A stretch of DNA of 64,000 nt from Magnetococcales bacterium (lineage in GTDB: Bacteria > Pseudomonadota > Magnetococcia > Magnetococcales > UBA8363). Below are positions 23,186-34,900 of the stretch, piece by piece. The notes beneath the pieces are model-generated. The model was not told where the DNA came from. It did no database searches and saw nothing but the letters and a program-made list of their open reading frames with translations. A program made the position numbers and the translations under genes. How positions within the stretch are numbered: position 1 is the stretch's first letter; every line of letters starts with the position of its first letter. The stretch lies in assembly GCA_015228975.1 (NCBI GenBank), contig JADGCN010000004.1, positions 4,028 to 68,027 on the forward strand, in the 5' to 3' direction.

Positions 23186-23470
23186 CACCCTCTTAAAGGG
23201 TACCCCGGTGGCATCATCGCGGGGGCTGGTGCTTAGGGCATCGTGGCCTGGAGTTCCTCCAGGCCACGGCCAAACACGGACAGCCCCTGCGAAAGACCAC
23301 CCAGTTGCAGCCCCCACTTCCCCATCTCGTAAGCGCTATGCCGGCGAACGCAATGTTTCATCTTATCGTAGCGGCAAGACAATCATTCTCCCCTTGTCAT
23401 TCAGTAACATTTCTTTAAAATTGAACACGGTTTAACCAATTTATCAAACCTCTTATTATGGAGCTTTATC

Positions 23471-23758
23471 ATGGAAAGGACACTTTCGACTGTTGCCGCC
23501 CTGGTTGCTTGCATGGGTTTCGTCAGCTTGGCCACCGCTACGGAGGCGGCCCCGGGTACGCCCCCTGCCGCGGGAACGCACACCCCGGGCAAAGTCCCTC
23601 CTGCCGCCATCGCTTGCATGAAACAGAGCGAAGCCAAAAAACTCACGGGCGATGCCGCGAAAACCTTCATGGGTGCCTGTCTGAAAGCGGCTGGGGTGCA
23701 ACTCCCAAAAGGTACGGCATCGGGTGGTACGCAACCTCCCGCACCACCCAAAAAGTAA
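23471..23758 (+). CDS. Small secreted Pro-rich PsiF-like protein (copy 2)
   Basis: Paralog of 22874..23185; CMKQSEAKKLTGDAAKTFMGACLK. Confidence 0.75.
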   Translation: MERTLSTVAALVACMGFVSLATATEAAPGTPPAAGTHTPGKVPPAAIACMKQSEAKKLTGDAAKTFMGACLKAAGVQLPKGTASGGTQPPAPPKK

Positions 23759-23947
23759 CACCCTTTTCAGTGACCCCGGTGGCAGCATTGCGGGGATTGG
23801 TCGTTTGGGCATCGTATCCCGGGTAACTCCAGGCCACAGCCAGACATGGACAGCCCCTGCGTGACCACTTGGAAGCACCACGCACACCCAGCCCTGCCTA
23901 TCCCGCACAGACCATCCCGGCGGCAATCTCGTTTCTTCCCATTGTGG

Positions 23948-25051
23948 CTATTCGTTATAATCCATAGCTTTGAAACCGTGGTCTTTAATCAGCTCGTCGC
24001 GCTTGGCCGATTTCAAATCTTCACGAACCATTTCGCTAACAAGCTCTTGAAACGTTATTTTGGGTACCCAACCCAGCTTGGCCTTTGCCTTGGATGGGTC
24101 ACCAAGCAACGTTTCAACCTCAGTCGGACGGAAATAACGCGGATCCACCGCAGCCACAAGGCGTTCGCCAGCCCCTGTTTGCCAATACCCCCGCTCTTCA
24201 ATCCCCTGCCCTTGCCAACGAATGGTCATACCCAATTCCCCGGCAGCGGCGTTGACAAAATCGCGCACGCTGTATTGCACCCCCGTGGCGATGACAAAAT
24301 CTTCGGGCTGGCTTTGCTGCAACATCAACCATTGCATCTCGACATAATCTTTAGCGTGTCCCCAATCACGTTTGGCATCCAGGTTGCCGAGATAAAGGCA
24401 ATCCTGAAGCCCCAGCTGGATGCGAGCCAATGCTCGGGTAATTTTGCGGGTAACAAATGTCTCCCCACGCACCGGGCTTTCATGATTGAACAAAATGCCG
24501 TTGCAGGCGTAAATCCCGTAGGCTTCACGATAGTTGACGGTAATCCAATAGGCATAAAGCTTGGCCACGGCATAGGGGCTACGGGGATAAAACGGGGTGG
24601 TCTCTTTCTGAGGAATTTCCTGGACCATACCGTAAAGTTCGGATGTGGAAGCCTGATAAAAACGGGTATTCCCCTCCAAACCGAGGATGCGGATCGCCTC
24701 AAGCAGGCGCAACGCACCCAGGGCATCGGAGTTGGCGGTGTACTCCGGTTCCTCAAAGCTGACGGCTACATGGCTCTGCGCTGCCAGATTGTAAATTTCA
24801 TCGGGGCGCGTCTGCTGCATGATGCGAATCAGACTGGAAGAATCGGTCAAATCACCATGGTGTAAAAAAAAGCGAACCCCCTTTTCGTGCCGATCCTTGT
24901 AAAGGTGGTCGATGCGGTCGGTATTGAATAGGCTGGTACGACGCTTGATGCCATGGACAATGTATCCCTTGTCGAGCAAAAGTTCGGCAAGATACGCACC
25001 ATCCTGACCAGTGATGCCGGTAATGAGAGCAACTTTGGATTCTTTGGACAT
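23948..25051 (-). CDS. gmd: GDP-mannose 4,6-dehydratase
   Basis: [42 protein letters not shown]. Confidence 0.97.
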   Translation of the reverse strand: MSKESKVALITGITGQDGAYLAELLLDKGYIVHGIKRRTSLFNTDRIDHLYKDRHEKGVRFFLHHGDLTDSSSLIRIMQQTRPDEIYNLAAQSHVAVSFEEPEYTANSDALGALRLLEAIRILGLEGNTRFYQASTSELYGMVQEIPQKETTPFYPRSPYAVAKLYAYWITVNYREAYGIYACNGILFNHESPVRGETFVTRKITRALARIQLGLQDCLYLGNLDAKRDWGHAKDYVEMQWLMLQQSQPEDFVIATGVQYSVRDFVNAAAGELGMTIRWQGQGIEERGYWQTGAGERLVAAVDPRYFRPTEVETLLGDPSKAKAKLGWVPKITFQELVSEMVREDLKSAKRDELIKDHGFKAMDYNE

Positions 25052-25141
25052 GGGCACCCGTATTCATTGCCCACCGTTTTCTACCCGGGGGGGGGCTTTC
25101 GCTCAGGACAACCGGGGATTGTCAAAGCAAAACTGCACAAA

Positions 25142-25166
25142 GTCAGGGGGGGAAATCCCCCCTGAC
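25142..25166 (-). terminator. Hairpin terminator after hpf
   Basis: GTCAGGGGGG/CCCCCCTGAC 10-bp stem. Confidence 0.6.
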
Positions 25167-25178
25167 AGACACATACCA

Positions 25179-25487
25179 TCAATGGGGTGATTTCTTTTTC
25201 TTCTTTTCCGCGTGGGTTTTCAATTCTTCGGTCAGGGTGTCGATCGTTTCGTTGACGGCAGCCATGACCGTAGCCGACTCTTTGGTGGCGGTAATGGTGA
25301 TGCCGGGAACATTGATGACCGCCTTGGCTTCGGCCCGTTGTTCGTTTTTATGTGCGTGCTTTTCTATGGTAAATCGAGCACTGGTAATGGGTCCGAACCG
25401 GTGATCCAGATTTTCTAGACGTTTGGTGATACGATCCTTCAGTTCGTCGCCGATATCCAGTTGGCGGCCTTCAAGTTTAATTTCCAT
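25179..25487 (-). CDS. hpf: Ribosome hibernation promoting factor / RaiA (short form)
   Basis: MEIKLEGRQLDIGDELKDRI...AEAKAVINVPG...AAVNETIDTL. Confidence 0.85.
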   Translation of the reverse strand: MEIKLEGRQLDIGDELKDRITKRLENLDHRFGPITSARFTIEKHAHKNEQRAEAKAVINVPGITITATKESATVMAAVNETIDTLTEELKTHAEKKKKKSPH

Positions 25488-25571
25488 TGGATCTCCCATC
25501 CTGATTGTTGACACTCATTCCCGCATCCTTTGAGCAGCACCCTTCCCTGGCCTGAAACCTTTGGCCAGAGA

Positions 25572-27407
25572 TCAACTGATGGTTATCAGCGGGGCCCCCA
25601 CGTTAACCATGTCTCCTGTTTTGCAACTGACGGCGGTCACGGTGCCATCTTTGGGGGCATGGATTTCCGCCTCCATTTTCATGGCTTCGATCGTCACGAT
25701 GACATCCCCGGCCTTGATCGCCTTGCCAACCTCAGCCACCACCTTGCAAATGGTTCCCGCCAGATTGGAGGCTACAACCACCCCGCCCTTGCTATCAACC
25801 ACGGCAGCCGGAGTGGAGGACTTGGACGCCGCCGCCTTGGGTTTGCCGGGCTTTTTGGCCGCTGCGGCAATTTCGGAAGGATGCGCCGGTATAAATGCCC
25901 AACTTTTGGAATACACATCGCCAATATAGACCAACCGCCGCCCCTCATCCGCCGGGGGGGCTGCCGGAGCGGGGGCCGCCGGGGCTGCTTCCGCCTTGGG
26001 TTTGGCGGCTTCGGTGCCGGGTGCCGGCTCAAAGGCTCCGGGATTGTCACGATTTTGCAAAAACTTCAAGCCAACCTGGGCGAACAAGGCATAGATCATG
26101 ACATCGTCAATCACATCCTTGGCCAGACGAATCCCCTTCTCCGCCGCCAGTTTTTTCACCTCCTCGGTCAGTTTATCCACCTCGGGCTGCAACAAATCCG
26201 CTGGGCGACAGGTGATCGGTTTTTCCCCTTTTTCCAGCACCCGCGCTTGAAGATCCTTGTTCATGGGGGCGGGTGTGGCACCATACTCACCGCGCAGAAC
26301 GCCACGGGTCTCCTTGGTGATGTTTTTGTAGCGCTCACCGCTCAACACGTTGAAAACCGCCTGGGAACCGACAATCTGCGATGTCGGGGTCACCAGCGCG
26401 ATGTAACCCAGATCTTTGCGGACCTTGGGAATCTCTTCCAACACCGCATCAAACTTGTCACTGGCCCCTTGTTCCTTGAGCTGACTTTCCATGTTGGTCA
26501 GCATGCCGCCCGGGACCTGTGCCACCAAAATGCGCGAATCGACACCTTTGAGGCTGCCTTCAAATTTGGCATATTTTTTCCGCACCTCACGGAAGTAGGA
26601 GGCGATTTCCTCCAACAGTTTGATATCCAGGCCGGTAGCGCGGGGGCCCCCTTCAAAAATGGAAACCACCGATTCGGTTGCCGAATGGCCATAGGTCATG
26701 CTCATGGAGGAAATCGAGGCATCGACCATATCGATACCCGCCTCCGCAGCCTTGACGATGGCAGCCGTCGACATGCCTGTGGTGGCGTGGCAATGCATGG
26801 CGATGGGCAGTTTGACCGTTTCTTTGAGTTTCGTCACCAACTCTTCGGCGGCATAGGGGGTGATCAGGCCCGCCATGTCTTTGATGCAGATGGAATGGCT
26901 TCCCAGGTCTTCCATTCTTTTGGCCATGTCCAGCCAATAGGCGGTCTTGTGGACCGGGCTTATGGTATAGGACAAGGTTCCCTGGGCATGTTTGCCCACC
27001 TTGACCACGGCGCGAATGGCGGTTTCCAAATTACGGACATCGTTCATGGCGTCGAAGATGCGAAACACGTCCATACCGTTGACGGCGCAACGCTCGACAA
27101 ATTTTTCCACCACATCGTCGGCATAGTGACGATAGCCCAGGATATTTTGGCCCCGGAAAAGCATTTGCATGGGGGTTTTCGGCATCGCGGCCTTCAAGCG
27201 CCGCAACCTTTCCCATGGATCTTCACCCAAAAAACGAATACATGCGTCAAAGGTGGCGCCACCCCAGGTTTCCAACGACCAGTAGCCAACCTGATCCAGT
27301 TTGGCGGCGATGGGCAGCATGTCGTCGATCCGCATGCGCGTGGCAAACAACGACTGGTGGGCGTCCCGCAGGACGACCTCCGTGATTCCAAGCGGCTTCT
27401 TTTTCAT
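25572..27407 (-). CDS. oadA: Oxaloacetate decarboxylase alpha subunit / biotin carboxyltransferase (PycB-like)
   Basis: [38 protein letters not shown], biotinyl EAMKM. Confidence 0.9.
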   Translation of the reverse strand: MKKKPLGITEVVLRDAHQSLFATRMRIDDMLPIAAKLDQVGYWSLETWGGATFDACIRFLGEDPWERLRRLKAAMPKTPMQMLFRGQNILGYRHYADDVVEKFVERCAVNGMDVFRIFDAMNDVRNLETAIRAVVKVGKHAQGTLSYTISPVHKTAYWLDMAKRMEDLGSHSICIKDMAGLITPYAAEELVTKLKETVKLPIAMHCHATTGMSTAAIVKAAEAGIDMVDASISSMSMTYGHSATESVVSIFEGGPRATGLDIKLLEEIASYFREVRKKYAKFEGSLKGVDSRILVAQVPGGMLTNMESQLKEQGASDKFDAVLEEIPKVRKDLGYIALVTPTSQIVGSQAVFNVLSGERYKNITKETRGVLRGEYGATPAPMNKDLQARVLEKGEKPITCRPADLLQPEVDKLTEEVKKLAAEKGIRLAKDVIDDVMIYALFAQVGLKFLQNRDNPGAFEPAPGTEAAKPKAEAAPAAPAPAAPPADEGRRLVYIGDVYSKSWAFIPAHPSEIAAAAKKPGKPKAAASKSSTPAAVVDSKGGVVVASNLAGTICKVVAEVGKAIKAGDVIVTIEAMKMEAEIHAPKDGTVTAVSCKTGDMVNVGAPLITIS

Positions 27408-27480
27408 AAGTTTTCCATTTTCCTGGTCAGGGCAGGGAAGAAAAAGTTTGGACAATCATGATATTAAGAACCATAACAGA

Positions 27481-28368
27481 TTATACCACCTTTTTTAAAT
27501 CAAATTCCAGGATGCCTTTCGCCCCCGCCTCTTTTAGGCGCGGTATCAAATCACGCACCAACGCACGATCCACGACCGTTTCCACGGCACGCCACGCATC
27601 ATCCAACAAGGGATTGATCGTTGGCGATGTCAGGCTGGGCAGAATGGCCATGACCGCTTCAAGGTTTGCCGTCGGCACATTCATCTTCAACATCACCTTG
27701 TGCCGGGCATCCAGGGCCGCCTTGAGGAGCAAGGCCAACTGATCGATCTTTTTTTTCTTCCAGGGATCCTCCAAGGATTTGGGATTGGCAATCAGTTTGG
27801 TCCGCGTCTCCAGGAGTTCCTCGACGATACGCAGGCGATGCGCCCGCAATGTCGATCCGGTTTCGGTTATTTCCACCACCGCGTCGACCAAACCTTCCAC
27901 CACCTTGGCCTCGGTCGCCCCCCAGGAAAAAACCACCTCCGCCTGGACGCCGCGTTGCTCCAGATAACGCCGGGTGAAAGACTGCAATTCCGTGGCGATA
28001 CGCTTGCCCTGGAGATCCTGAATGCTTTGAATGGGGGAATGCTCCGGTGCCACCAGGACCCAACGACACGGCTTGTTGGAACTTTTAGAATATTCCAGGG
28101 TAGTGATTTCGGTCACCAGATCCTGACAATCGCGTTCGATGATCCAGTCCCACCCGGTCAGTGCCGCATCCAGGGTGCCATCGGCAACATACAACGCCAT
28201 TTCCTGTGGCCGCATCAGTTTGCAGACCAGGGAGGGATCGTCGATGGTGGGAAAATAGTTGCGCGAATTGATGGAAATGGCCCAGCCTGCCTGGGCGAAC
28301 AGCTCCACGGTAGCCTCTTCCAGGCTCCCTTTGGGAATGCCAAGTTTGAGTTGCGGTGTCGAGTTCAT
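27481..28368 (-). CDS. hisG: ATP phosphoribosyltransferase, long form
   Basis: LGIPKGSL, RPQEM, GATE, ITETGSTL, C-terminal ACT-like domain. Confidence 0.95.
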   Translation of the reverse strand: MNSTPQLKLGIPKGSLEEATVELFAQAGWAISINSRNYFPTIDDPSLVCKLMRPQEMALYVADGTLDAALTGWDWIIERDCQDLVTEITTLEYSKSSNKPCRWVLVAPEHSPIQSIQDLQGKRIATELQSFTRRYLEQRGVQAEVVFSWGATEAKVVEGLVDAVVEITETGSTLRAHRLRIVEELLETRTKLIANPKSLEDPWKKKKIDQLALLLKAALDARHKVMLKMNVPTANLEAVMAILPSLTSPTINPLLDDAWRAVETVVDRALVRDLIPRLKEAGAKGILEFDLKKVV

Positions 28369-28384
28369 GAACGTATCGCCATGG

Positions 28385-29074
28385 TTAATCCTGGATGGGT
28401 GCCAGGAGTTCGAGGAGTTGGTGAAAAGGATCTAGAATGGCATCGGGATGCAGTTCTTCAAGGGGCTGGCCACGATTGTAACCATGCCTGACCAGAAACA
28501 GGGAGCAACCCGCATTCTTGGCAGCCAGGGCATCGGGTTCCGAATCCCCGATCATCACGGTGTGTTCCGGCGAAACGGACAACCGTTGCATGGCATGTCG
28601 CATGGGCAGGGGATGCGGTTTGCGTTCCGCCAACGTGTCCCCACCCACCACAACGGGGAAAAATCTTGCCAGATTCAGATTTTCCAACATGTCATGCGTC
28701 AAATATTCCGGTTTGTTGGTCACCACTGCCAGGACGAAACCCCGTTCCTGTAGCGTTTGCAAGGTTTCCACAACCCCCGGATAGGGAAACGAATGATCCG
28801 TGATGTGCTGCCGGTAATAATCGAGAAACAGGGTCACCGCCGCTTCAAAATCGGGATCACCCTGTGGCGGGGCCGCATCCACCCCCCAAAAGCCACGCGC
28901 CAGCAAAAAACGGGCACCATTGCCGACAAAATCACGTACCAGATTCAATGGCAACTCCGGTCGTCCCCGTAATGTCAAAACATGATTGGTCGCCCGCCAC
29001 AAATCAGGGGCCGAATCAACCAGGGTGCCATCCAGATCAAACAAAACGGCGCGACAGCGCAGGGGAGAAATCAT
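28385..29074 (-). CDS. gph: Phosphoglycolate phosphatase (HAD)
   Basis: FDLDGTLVDSAPDL, VTNKP, RKPHP, MIGDS. Confidence 0.9.
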   Translation of the reverse strand: MISPLRCRAVLFDLDGTLVDSAPDLWRATNHVLTLRGRPELPLNLVRDFVGNGARFLLARGFWGVDAAPPQGDPDFEAAVTLFLDYYRQHITDHSFPYPGVVETLQTLQERGFVLAVVTNKPEYLTHDMLENLNLARFFPVVVGGDTLAERKPHPLPMRHAMQRLSVSPEHTVMIGDSEPDALAAKNAGCSLFLVRHGYNRGQPLEELHPDAILDPFHQLLELLAPIQD

Positions 29075-29601
29075 GGTTGTATCCGGGCAATATAGGGCAA
29101 TCCGCGATAGTTTCCGGCATAATCCAAACCATAGCCCACCCAGAAACCATCGGGAACAGTGAAACCAACGCTATCGACCAGGACGGAAGTCGCCCGGCCC
29201 GAAGGTTTGTCCAGCAATACGACGGTCAACAATTCGGCCACTCCCTTATTGATAAAATGGCTTTGCAAGGTTTTCAAGGTGTGTCCTGAGTCGATGATAT
29301 CCTCCACCAACACCACCTGGGCCTGATTCACCTCCAGGGAATGGTCCTGAACAATGGCCACCGCATCCGCACGCTGGGCACCGAAACCGTAGGATGAAAC
29401 GGTAATGAAATCCAATCGGGGGGCAATTCCCAGGGCATGGAACTGGCGCACCAAGTCGGCGGTGAACATGAAAGCCCCCTTCATGACGCCAATGACGATG
29501 GGTTCACAACGCAGTCGCGGCACCAAAGCCCGCGCCAACGCGCCAACCCGGTCAGCCAGTTCATCCTGGCTCACGTATGCCGGCGGGATGAACGCCATCA
29601 T
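29071..29601 (-). CDS. hpt: Hypoxanthine phosphoribosyltransferase
   Basis: KGAFMFTADL, VEDIIDSGHTL, VGYGLDY. Confidence 0.93.
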   Translation of the reverse strand: MMAFIPPAYVSQDELADRVGALARALVPRLRCEPIVIGVMKGAFMFTADLVRQFHALGIAPRLDFITVSSYGFGAQRADAVAIVQDHSLEVNQAQVVLVEDIIDSGHTLKTLQSHFINKGVAELLTVVLLDKPSGRATSVLVDSVGFTVPDGFWVGYGLDYAGNYRGLPYIARIQP

Positions 29602-30272
29602 CCGCGCCCCTTCTCCAAAAGGAAAACCGCGACCGGAGCCAGCAGATTGGCCACTCCCCGGGGCAAAAGACCCAGCAAATGCCTTTTGATCAAACTTCTG
29701 GGGAGTCCGCCCCAGGCCGCCAAAGGTATTTGTTCCAGGATATGGATATCCATCTGCCGGCACAAATCCTGAAAATCAAGTATGGAACACATGCGAATGT
29801 TCGGGGTATCGAACCATTCGTATGGGAGCATCGGGGTTTTCGGCATGCGCCCGTTGACGAGGAGTTGCAGACGTATGTGCCAATGGCCAAAATTGGGAAA
29901 GGAGACAATAATTTTTTTGCCAACCCGCAACATTTCCAGCAGGACGAATTGCGGACGGCGAACCGCCTGCAAGGTTTGCGACAAGATGACGTAATCAAAG
30001 GCGGCATCGGTATGATCCGACAGACCCTGGTCGATATCGCCGTGATACACCGGCAAGCCCCGGGCGATGCAGGCATGCATCCCCTGGGAAGAGATTTCCA
30101 CGCCGAAACCACGTGCTTTTTTGTTGTTGATCAGATATTCCAACAACCGACCGTCGCCGCACCCCAAATCCAAAACCCGCGCCCCCTCGCCCACCAAACC
30201 TGCAATGATCTCCTGGTCGATACTCAGATCGGAAGCTGTGTGGCGCCGGGATCTATCAAAGCGATCGTTCAT
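29598..30272 (-). CDS. metW: Methionine biosynthesis protein MetW
   Basis: RVLDLGCGDG, VILSQTLQ, VSFPNFGHW, WFDTPNI; directly follows metX. Confidence 0.95.
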   Translation of the reverse strand: MNDRFDRSRRHTASDLSIDQEIIAGLVGEGARVLDLGCGDGRLLEYLINNKKARGFGVEISSQGMHACIARGLPVYHGDIDQGLSDHTDAAFDYVILSQTLQAVRRPQFVLLEMLRVGKKIIVSFPNFGHWHIRLQLLVNGRMPKTPMLPYEWFDTPNIRMCSILDFQDLCRQMDIHILEQIPLAAWGGLPRSLIKRHLLGLLPRGVANLLAPVAVFLLEKGRG

Positions 30273-31465
30273 ACGGGCAAGCCCACTGAAGAGATCAGCC
30301 GGCGCCGTTCCTCGTACAGACGGTTGACGAAGGTGGCAATGGCCCGTTGGTATTCGTGATCGGGAAGCAAAAAGGAATCGTGACCGTGCGGCGAGTGGAA
30401 TTCCTGGTAGGAAACATTTTTTTGGTGCAGGTTTAAAATACGCACCAATTCCTTGGAACGGGAACTGTCAAAACGCCAATCGGTATCGAAGCTCATGACA
30501 AACAGACGCGCATGGACGGGCTGCAACCGTCGGGCCGTGGTCTCCGGATCGGGAAACGGATCGAAATAATCCATGGCCTTGGTGATGTAAAGATAGGTAT
30601 TGGCATCAAATTTTTTACCAAAGGTCGATCCCTGATGTTTCAGGTAGGATTCTACGGCAAAATCGGTTTCCAGGGCGAAGGAAAAATGTTCGCGATTTTG
30701 CAGGCGGCGACCAAATTTTTCGTGCAAACCTTTTTCCGAAAGATAGGTGATGTGAGCCATCATGCGCGCCACGGACAAACCCCGTTCCGGTTTCGCCCCC
30801 TGGTAATAGTTGCCCAGATTGAAATCGGGATCCTGGGTAATGGCCTGACGCGCCACGGCATTGAAGGCGATGTTTTGCGCCGATAACCGTGGGGTCGAGG
30901 CGATGATCAAAGCCCCCGCCACCCGTTCGGGATAATCGAGCGCCCATTGCATGGCGATCATCCCCCCCATGGAACCCCCGGCCACAGCCAAAACTTTGTG
31001 AATCCCGAGATGATCCAGCAAGGCCCTTTGCAAGCGGGCAATGTCGCCAATGGTAATCAATGGAAAATTCAAACCATAGGGTTGGTTCGTGTTCGGATCG
31101 ATACTGGATGGACCCGACGTGCCATCGCAACCACCCAGATTGTTGGAACAAATAATAAAGAAACGATTGGTATCAAACGGTTTCCCCGGACCAATGTATC
31201 CATCCCACCAACCGGTTTTGCTATCGTCGAGACGATGCTGACCGGCAGCATGGGCATTGCCGGACAAGGCGTGACAGATCAAAATCACATTGTCCTGGTT
31301 GGCATCCAGCTCACCATAGGTTTCGTAGGCCACCTGGATGGGCTGCAAGCTGGCACCACTGTCCAATGGCATGGGGGAACCGTGCGCAAACAAGGTGACC
31401 ATCCGGGTCGTCACCAAGCCAACAGAACCAGTCGCGTGGGAATCGGAAATGACAGTAGCGCTCAT
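30269..31465 (-). CDS. metX: Homoserine O-acyltransferase
   Basis: ICHALSG, GWWD, GGSMGG, ARMMAHITYLS, HGHDSFL. Confidence 0.95.
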   Translation of the reverse strand: MSATVISDSHATGSVGLVTTRMVTLFAHGSPMPLDSGASLQPIQVAYETYGELDANQDNVILICHALSGNAHAAGQHRLDDSKTGWWDGYIGPGKPFDTNRFFIICSNNLGGCDGTSGPSSIDPNTNQPYGLNFPLITIGDIARLQRALLDHLGIHKVLAVAGGSMGGMIAMQWALDYPERVAGALIIASTPRLSAQNIAFNAVARQAITQDPDFNLGNYYQGAKPERGLSVARMMAHITYLSEKGLHEKFGRRLQNREHFSFALETDFAVESYLKHQGSTFGKKFDANTYLYITKAMDYFDPFPDPETTARRLQPVHARLFVMSFDTDWRFDSSRSKELVRILNLHQKNVSYQEFHSPHGHDSFLLPDHEYQRAIATFVNRLYEERRRLISSVGLPV

Positions 31466-31919
31466 GGGGCTTTATAACGTTTTATGGGACATCAATCCAG
31501 GGTCGCGATCTTCCATCCGATTTCCCTTGGCGTCAAGGGCTTCTCCTGGCCCAACGTCATAAGCCCGTACAATGGGTGGCATACGATTGGCACTGGGCTT
31601 CGACTATTCTTGGCCAATCGAAAGCGGGCGCTAACAGACTATTGTCTAAATAAGGAATTCCCGGAATAAAGAATAAAGATACATTATACGACTTAAGAGA
31701 TAAATCTAACAGCTAATGCAAAATTTTAAATCTTGATAGTGCGTGTCCACAACAGGCTAGAACAGTCGGAGCCCAGTGCCGGCGTTCAGGAAAAGCCCCC
31801 CCCTCTCTCCACCCGGGGCCGACATGATGATTTCCCAAACAGTCCCTGAGACCTTGACCCGGATGGGCGTTTTGTGGAAATGATTGTCCTTTTGCATTCG
31901 GCCCCACTCACGGCGAAAG

Positions 31920-34900
31920 GTGCCGGCGTTGCCTGAAACCTCTACCCAAACTTTTGACCTTTCCGCCCACCTGGATCGGCTGGTTGATCCAAACAGAAAA
32001 ATATTGCAACTGTTTGCCATCATTTATGAAACCGTTCCCGCCTCACTGGTTGTCGCCTGCCTGAAAAAGCTGAAGCTCAAGCAAACCCCGCAAAGTTGGT
32101 TCACCGTCAGAACCTTGCAACCACGTATCGACGTTCTGCTGGGAATGGCTCTGCTTAAAAGGGATTTGGAAACCGGACTCCACTATCGCATCGTCCCAGC
32201 CATCGCCGATACCGTTGTGTTGCAGGCCATCAAAGACGGCGTCTGTGAGGAAATGATGCACATTGTCGCCAGTGAAATACCCGCCCTTTTGGGCTCGTCC
32301 CGAGGTAGCCAGCGTCTGGTCAGCTTTGATCGGGCGGTGCGCGAAATTCGCCTGGGACTGCTGACATCCAATACCGATTCCGTCATCCGCTTCTTGAACC
32401 TGGCCTTGAGCCAACGACCCGACGATTATCGCAAAACACCCCCCCTGGTACACCTGTACGCCGATCCCTGGGATGCCGAACGCATCTCGCGCCTGCCCTT
32501 GCAACTGCAACTGTGGGCCTTGGAAGAAATATTGGAGATCAAACTCCTGGATTTGCAATCTGTCGCCGACATGGTCCCCTTGTTGGAACAGTATCGACAG
32601 GAATCGTGCCCGAAAACCGGCCCGGGATTGCGCGCCCTCTATATGCTCGCCCTGTTGGTTCAGGGGCGCATCAAGGAAGCTGAGGAACTGTTGGCAGGCG
32701 AAAAACCCGTGGAAGCATCCCAACTCTTTCAAGGGTGGATCTGTTTTCTACACGGTGATTTCCGCCGCGCCATCAGCACCCTTGATAAAACCATGGCCCT
32801 GCTCGACGATACCAGGGAAGAACATCGACAACGAAACTTCCCCCACTTCTGGGGCGGTTTGTTCTTGCTTTTGGCACTCCTGCAAACCAACCAATTTGAA
32901 GGCAGACAACGCATCCTCAGCCTGGTCCAACGCTTGGAGCGTCATCGTCACAATCCCCTGGCCGCCGGCTATCAAGCCATTCGAGCCGTAGTCGTAGCCC
33001 GCGGCGGCGACGCGGATCATGCCCTGAACATTCTGGGTTATCGCAGCGATAACCGCAAAGGAAACGCCGGTTTGCCCTGGTTGCGCCAAGAGTTCACCCC
33101 CCTCCTGGCAGCACGGGATGGGGGATGGGCCATGGCCCTCCCCAAGGCGGTAAGACACGTCAATCCGGCCGGTCTCGCTGAATTGCTGCGCCTCATGGCC
33201 CTGTACTGGGTCGATCATGAAACCATGGCCGTCGAAACCGTCAAGGATCACCTGTGGGCCATCCATCGCCAGGCACTCCAGAACGATTATCCCTGGGCGG
33301 CATTGGAAAGTGCCGCGCTGCTGCGACAATGGCCCGAAGAAACGGAAGAATTCACAACCGTTGTCAGCGAATTGGAATCCAGATTGGGCTTTTCCTGCAT
33401 CGTGGATCGCATCCGCCGCGAAGAACGCTGGGAACAAACCTTGTCCGCCCTGCTGAAACTCACCGGTGGCCACGAAAACGAGGTCGAAGAAGTCGCGACA
33501 ATTTCCAAAAGACGCCTGGTCTGGCTGATCGAAACCCATGGCCAGCGCGGCAGCATTCAGGCCAGGGAACAAACCTTGTCGGAAGACGGGGAATGGAGTC
33601 GCGGCAAGGCGGTCTCCACCCGCAAACTGCACAGCTCCGAAGCCCAATTGTGGGGCTTTCTCACGCCGCAGGATCTGAAAGTATGCCAAACCATCCGCCA
33701 GGAATACATCTACAACGGAACCCGTTACGATTTTGAATGGGCACGCGGCATGTTGGCACTCGTCGGGCATCCACACGTTTATTGGTTGGACAACCCGATG
33801 GTCACCATCGAAGTGGTGCGCTCCGAACCGGAATTGCTGGTCAACGAACACAATGGCCGGGTCAAAATACGCTTCGCCCAAAAAATTGAGGGACCGGGAG
33901 TCCTGGTACTGCGCGAAGGGGAACGCCGTTGCCGGGTCATCGAAATCACCAATGATCATCATAAAATTGCCGATATTCTTGGCCCGGATGGTTTTAACGG
34001 CCCCGAAAGCCAAAAAGCCCGGGTCATGGGGGTCGTGGCCCGACTGGCCAACCTGGTCACCATTCAATCGGCGGTGGACGCCGATGTGGCGGAAATCGAT
34101 GAAGTCGCCACCGATTCCCGGCCACGACTGCAACTGGTGCCCCAAGGCGAAGGCTTACAGGCGCGTCTCCTGGTGCGCCCGTTTGCTGATGCCGGGCCAT
34201 GGTGCAGCCCGGGCCGTGGCGGCGTGCTGCTCTTCGCCGAACGTGAGGGCAAACGGGTCAAAACCCGCCGCAATTTTCGCAAGGAAAAAGAACTCGCCGA
34301 AGAAGTGATCGCCCTGTGCCCAACATTGGCGGGCCGCTCGGAAGATGATCGCGGTTGGTTCCTCCCCCGATTGGAAGAATGTCTGGAGTTGCTCCTCGAA
34401 CTCAAAGAATTGGGCGACAAGGTATTGGTGGAATGGCCCGAAGGGGAACGCTTTCGGGTGGCGCAAACAATCACCATGGACAAATTGCACATCAAAATTC
34501 GCCGGGAACGGGATTGGTTCGCAGTGGCGGGAACCGTGACCCTGGACGATGCCATGGTCCTGGAAATGAGTACCTTGTTAAAGCTGTCCCAAAAAAAGGA
34601 AAGCCGGTTCATCCCCCTGGGAAATGGACAATTCGCCGCCCTGACCGAGGCGTTTCGTCGACGCTTGCTGGAAATGCTCGATCGCGGCGAGGAAACCGGC
34701 AAAGGGTGGCGCGTCCATACCTTGACCGCACCCTGGTTGCACGAGTTGGCAGGCGAAAGCGGACGGGTCGCCGGTGACAAACATTGGAAAGAACAGGTGG
34801 CCCGACTGGAAGCCATGGAATCGGACGAGGCGGAAGTCCCTTCCACCTTCCAGGCCGAACTGCGTGACTATCAAAAGGTGGGCTTTCGCTGGTTGCATCG

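Larger units (their letters stand above)
22850..23868 (+). repeat. Tandem duplication, units ~22850-23300 and ~23446-23868
   Basis: Shared RBS region, coding sequence and ~110 nt of downstream non-coding sequence. Confidence 0.9.

Noticed and set aside
25530..27461. 643-aa plus-strand ORF, and other long antisense ORFs such as 13059..14267, 32748..34145 and 37682..39271
   Set aside because: Antisense shadows of well-supported genes; no motifs of their own
31466..31880. SAM or SAH riboswitch upstream of metX
   Set aside because: No recognisable aptamer motifs on the minus strand
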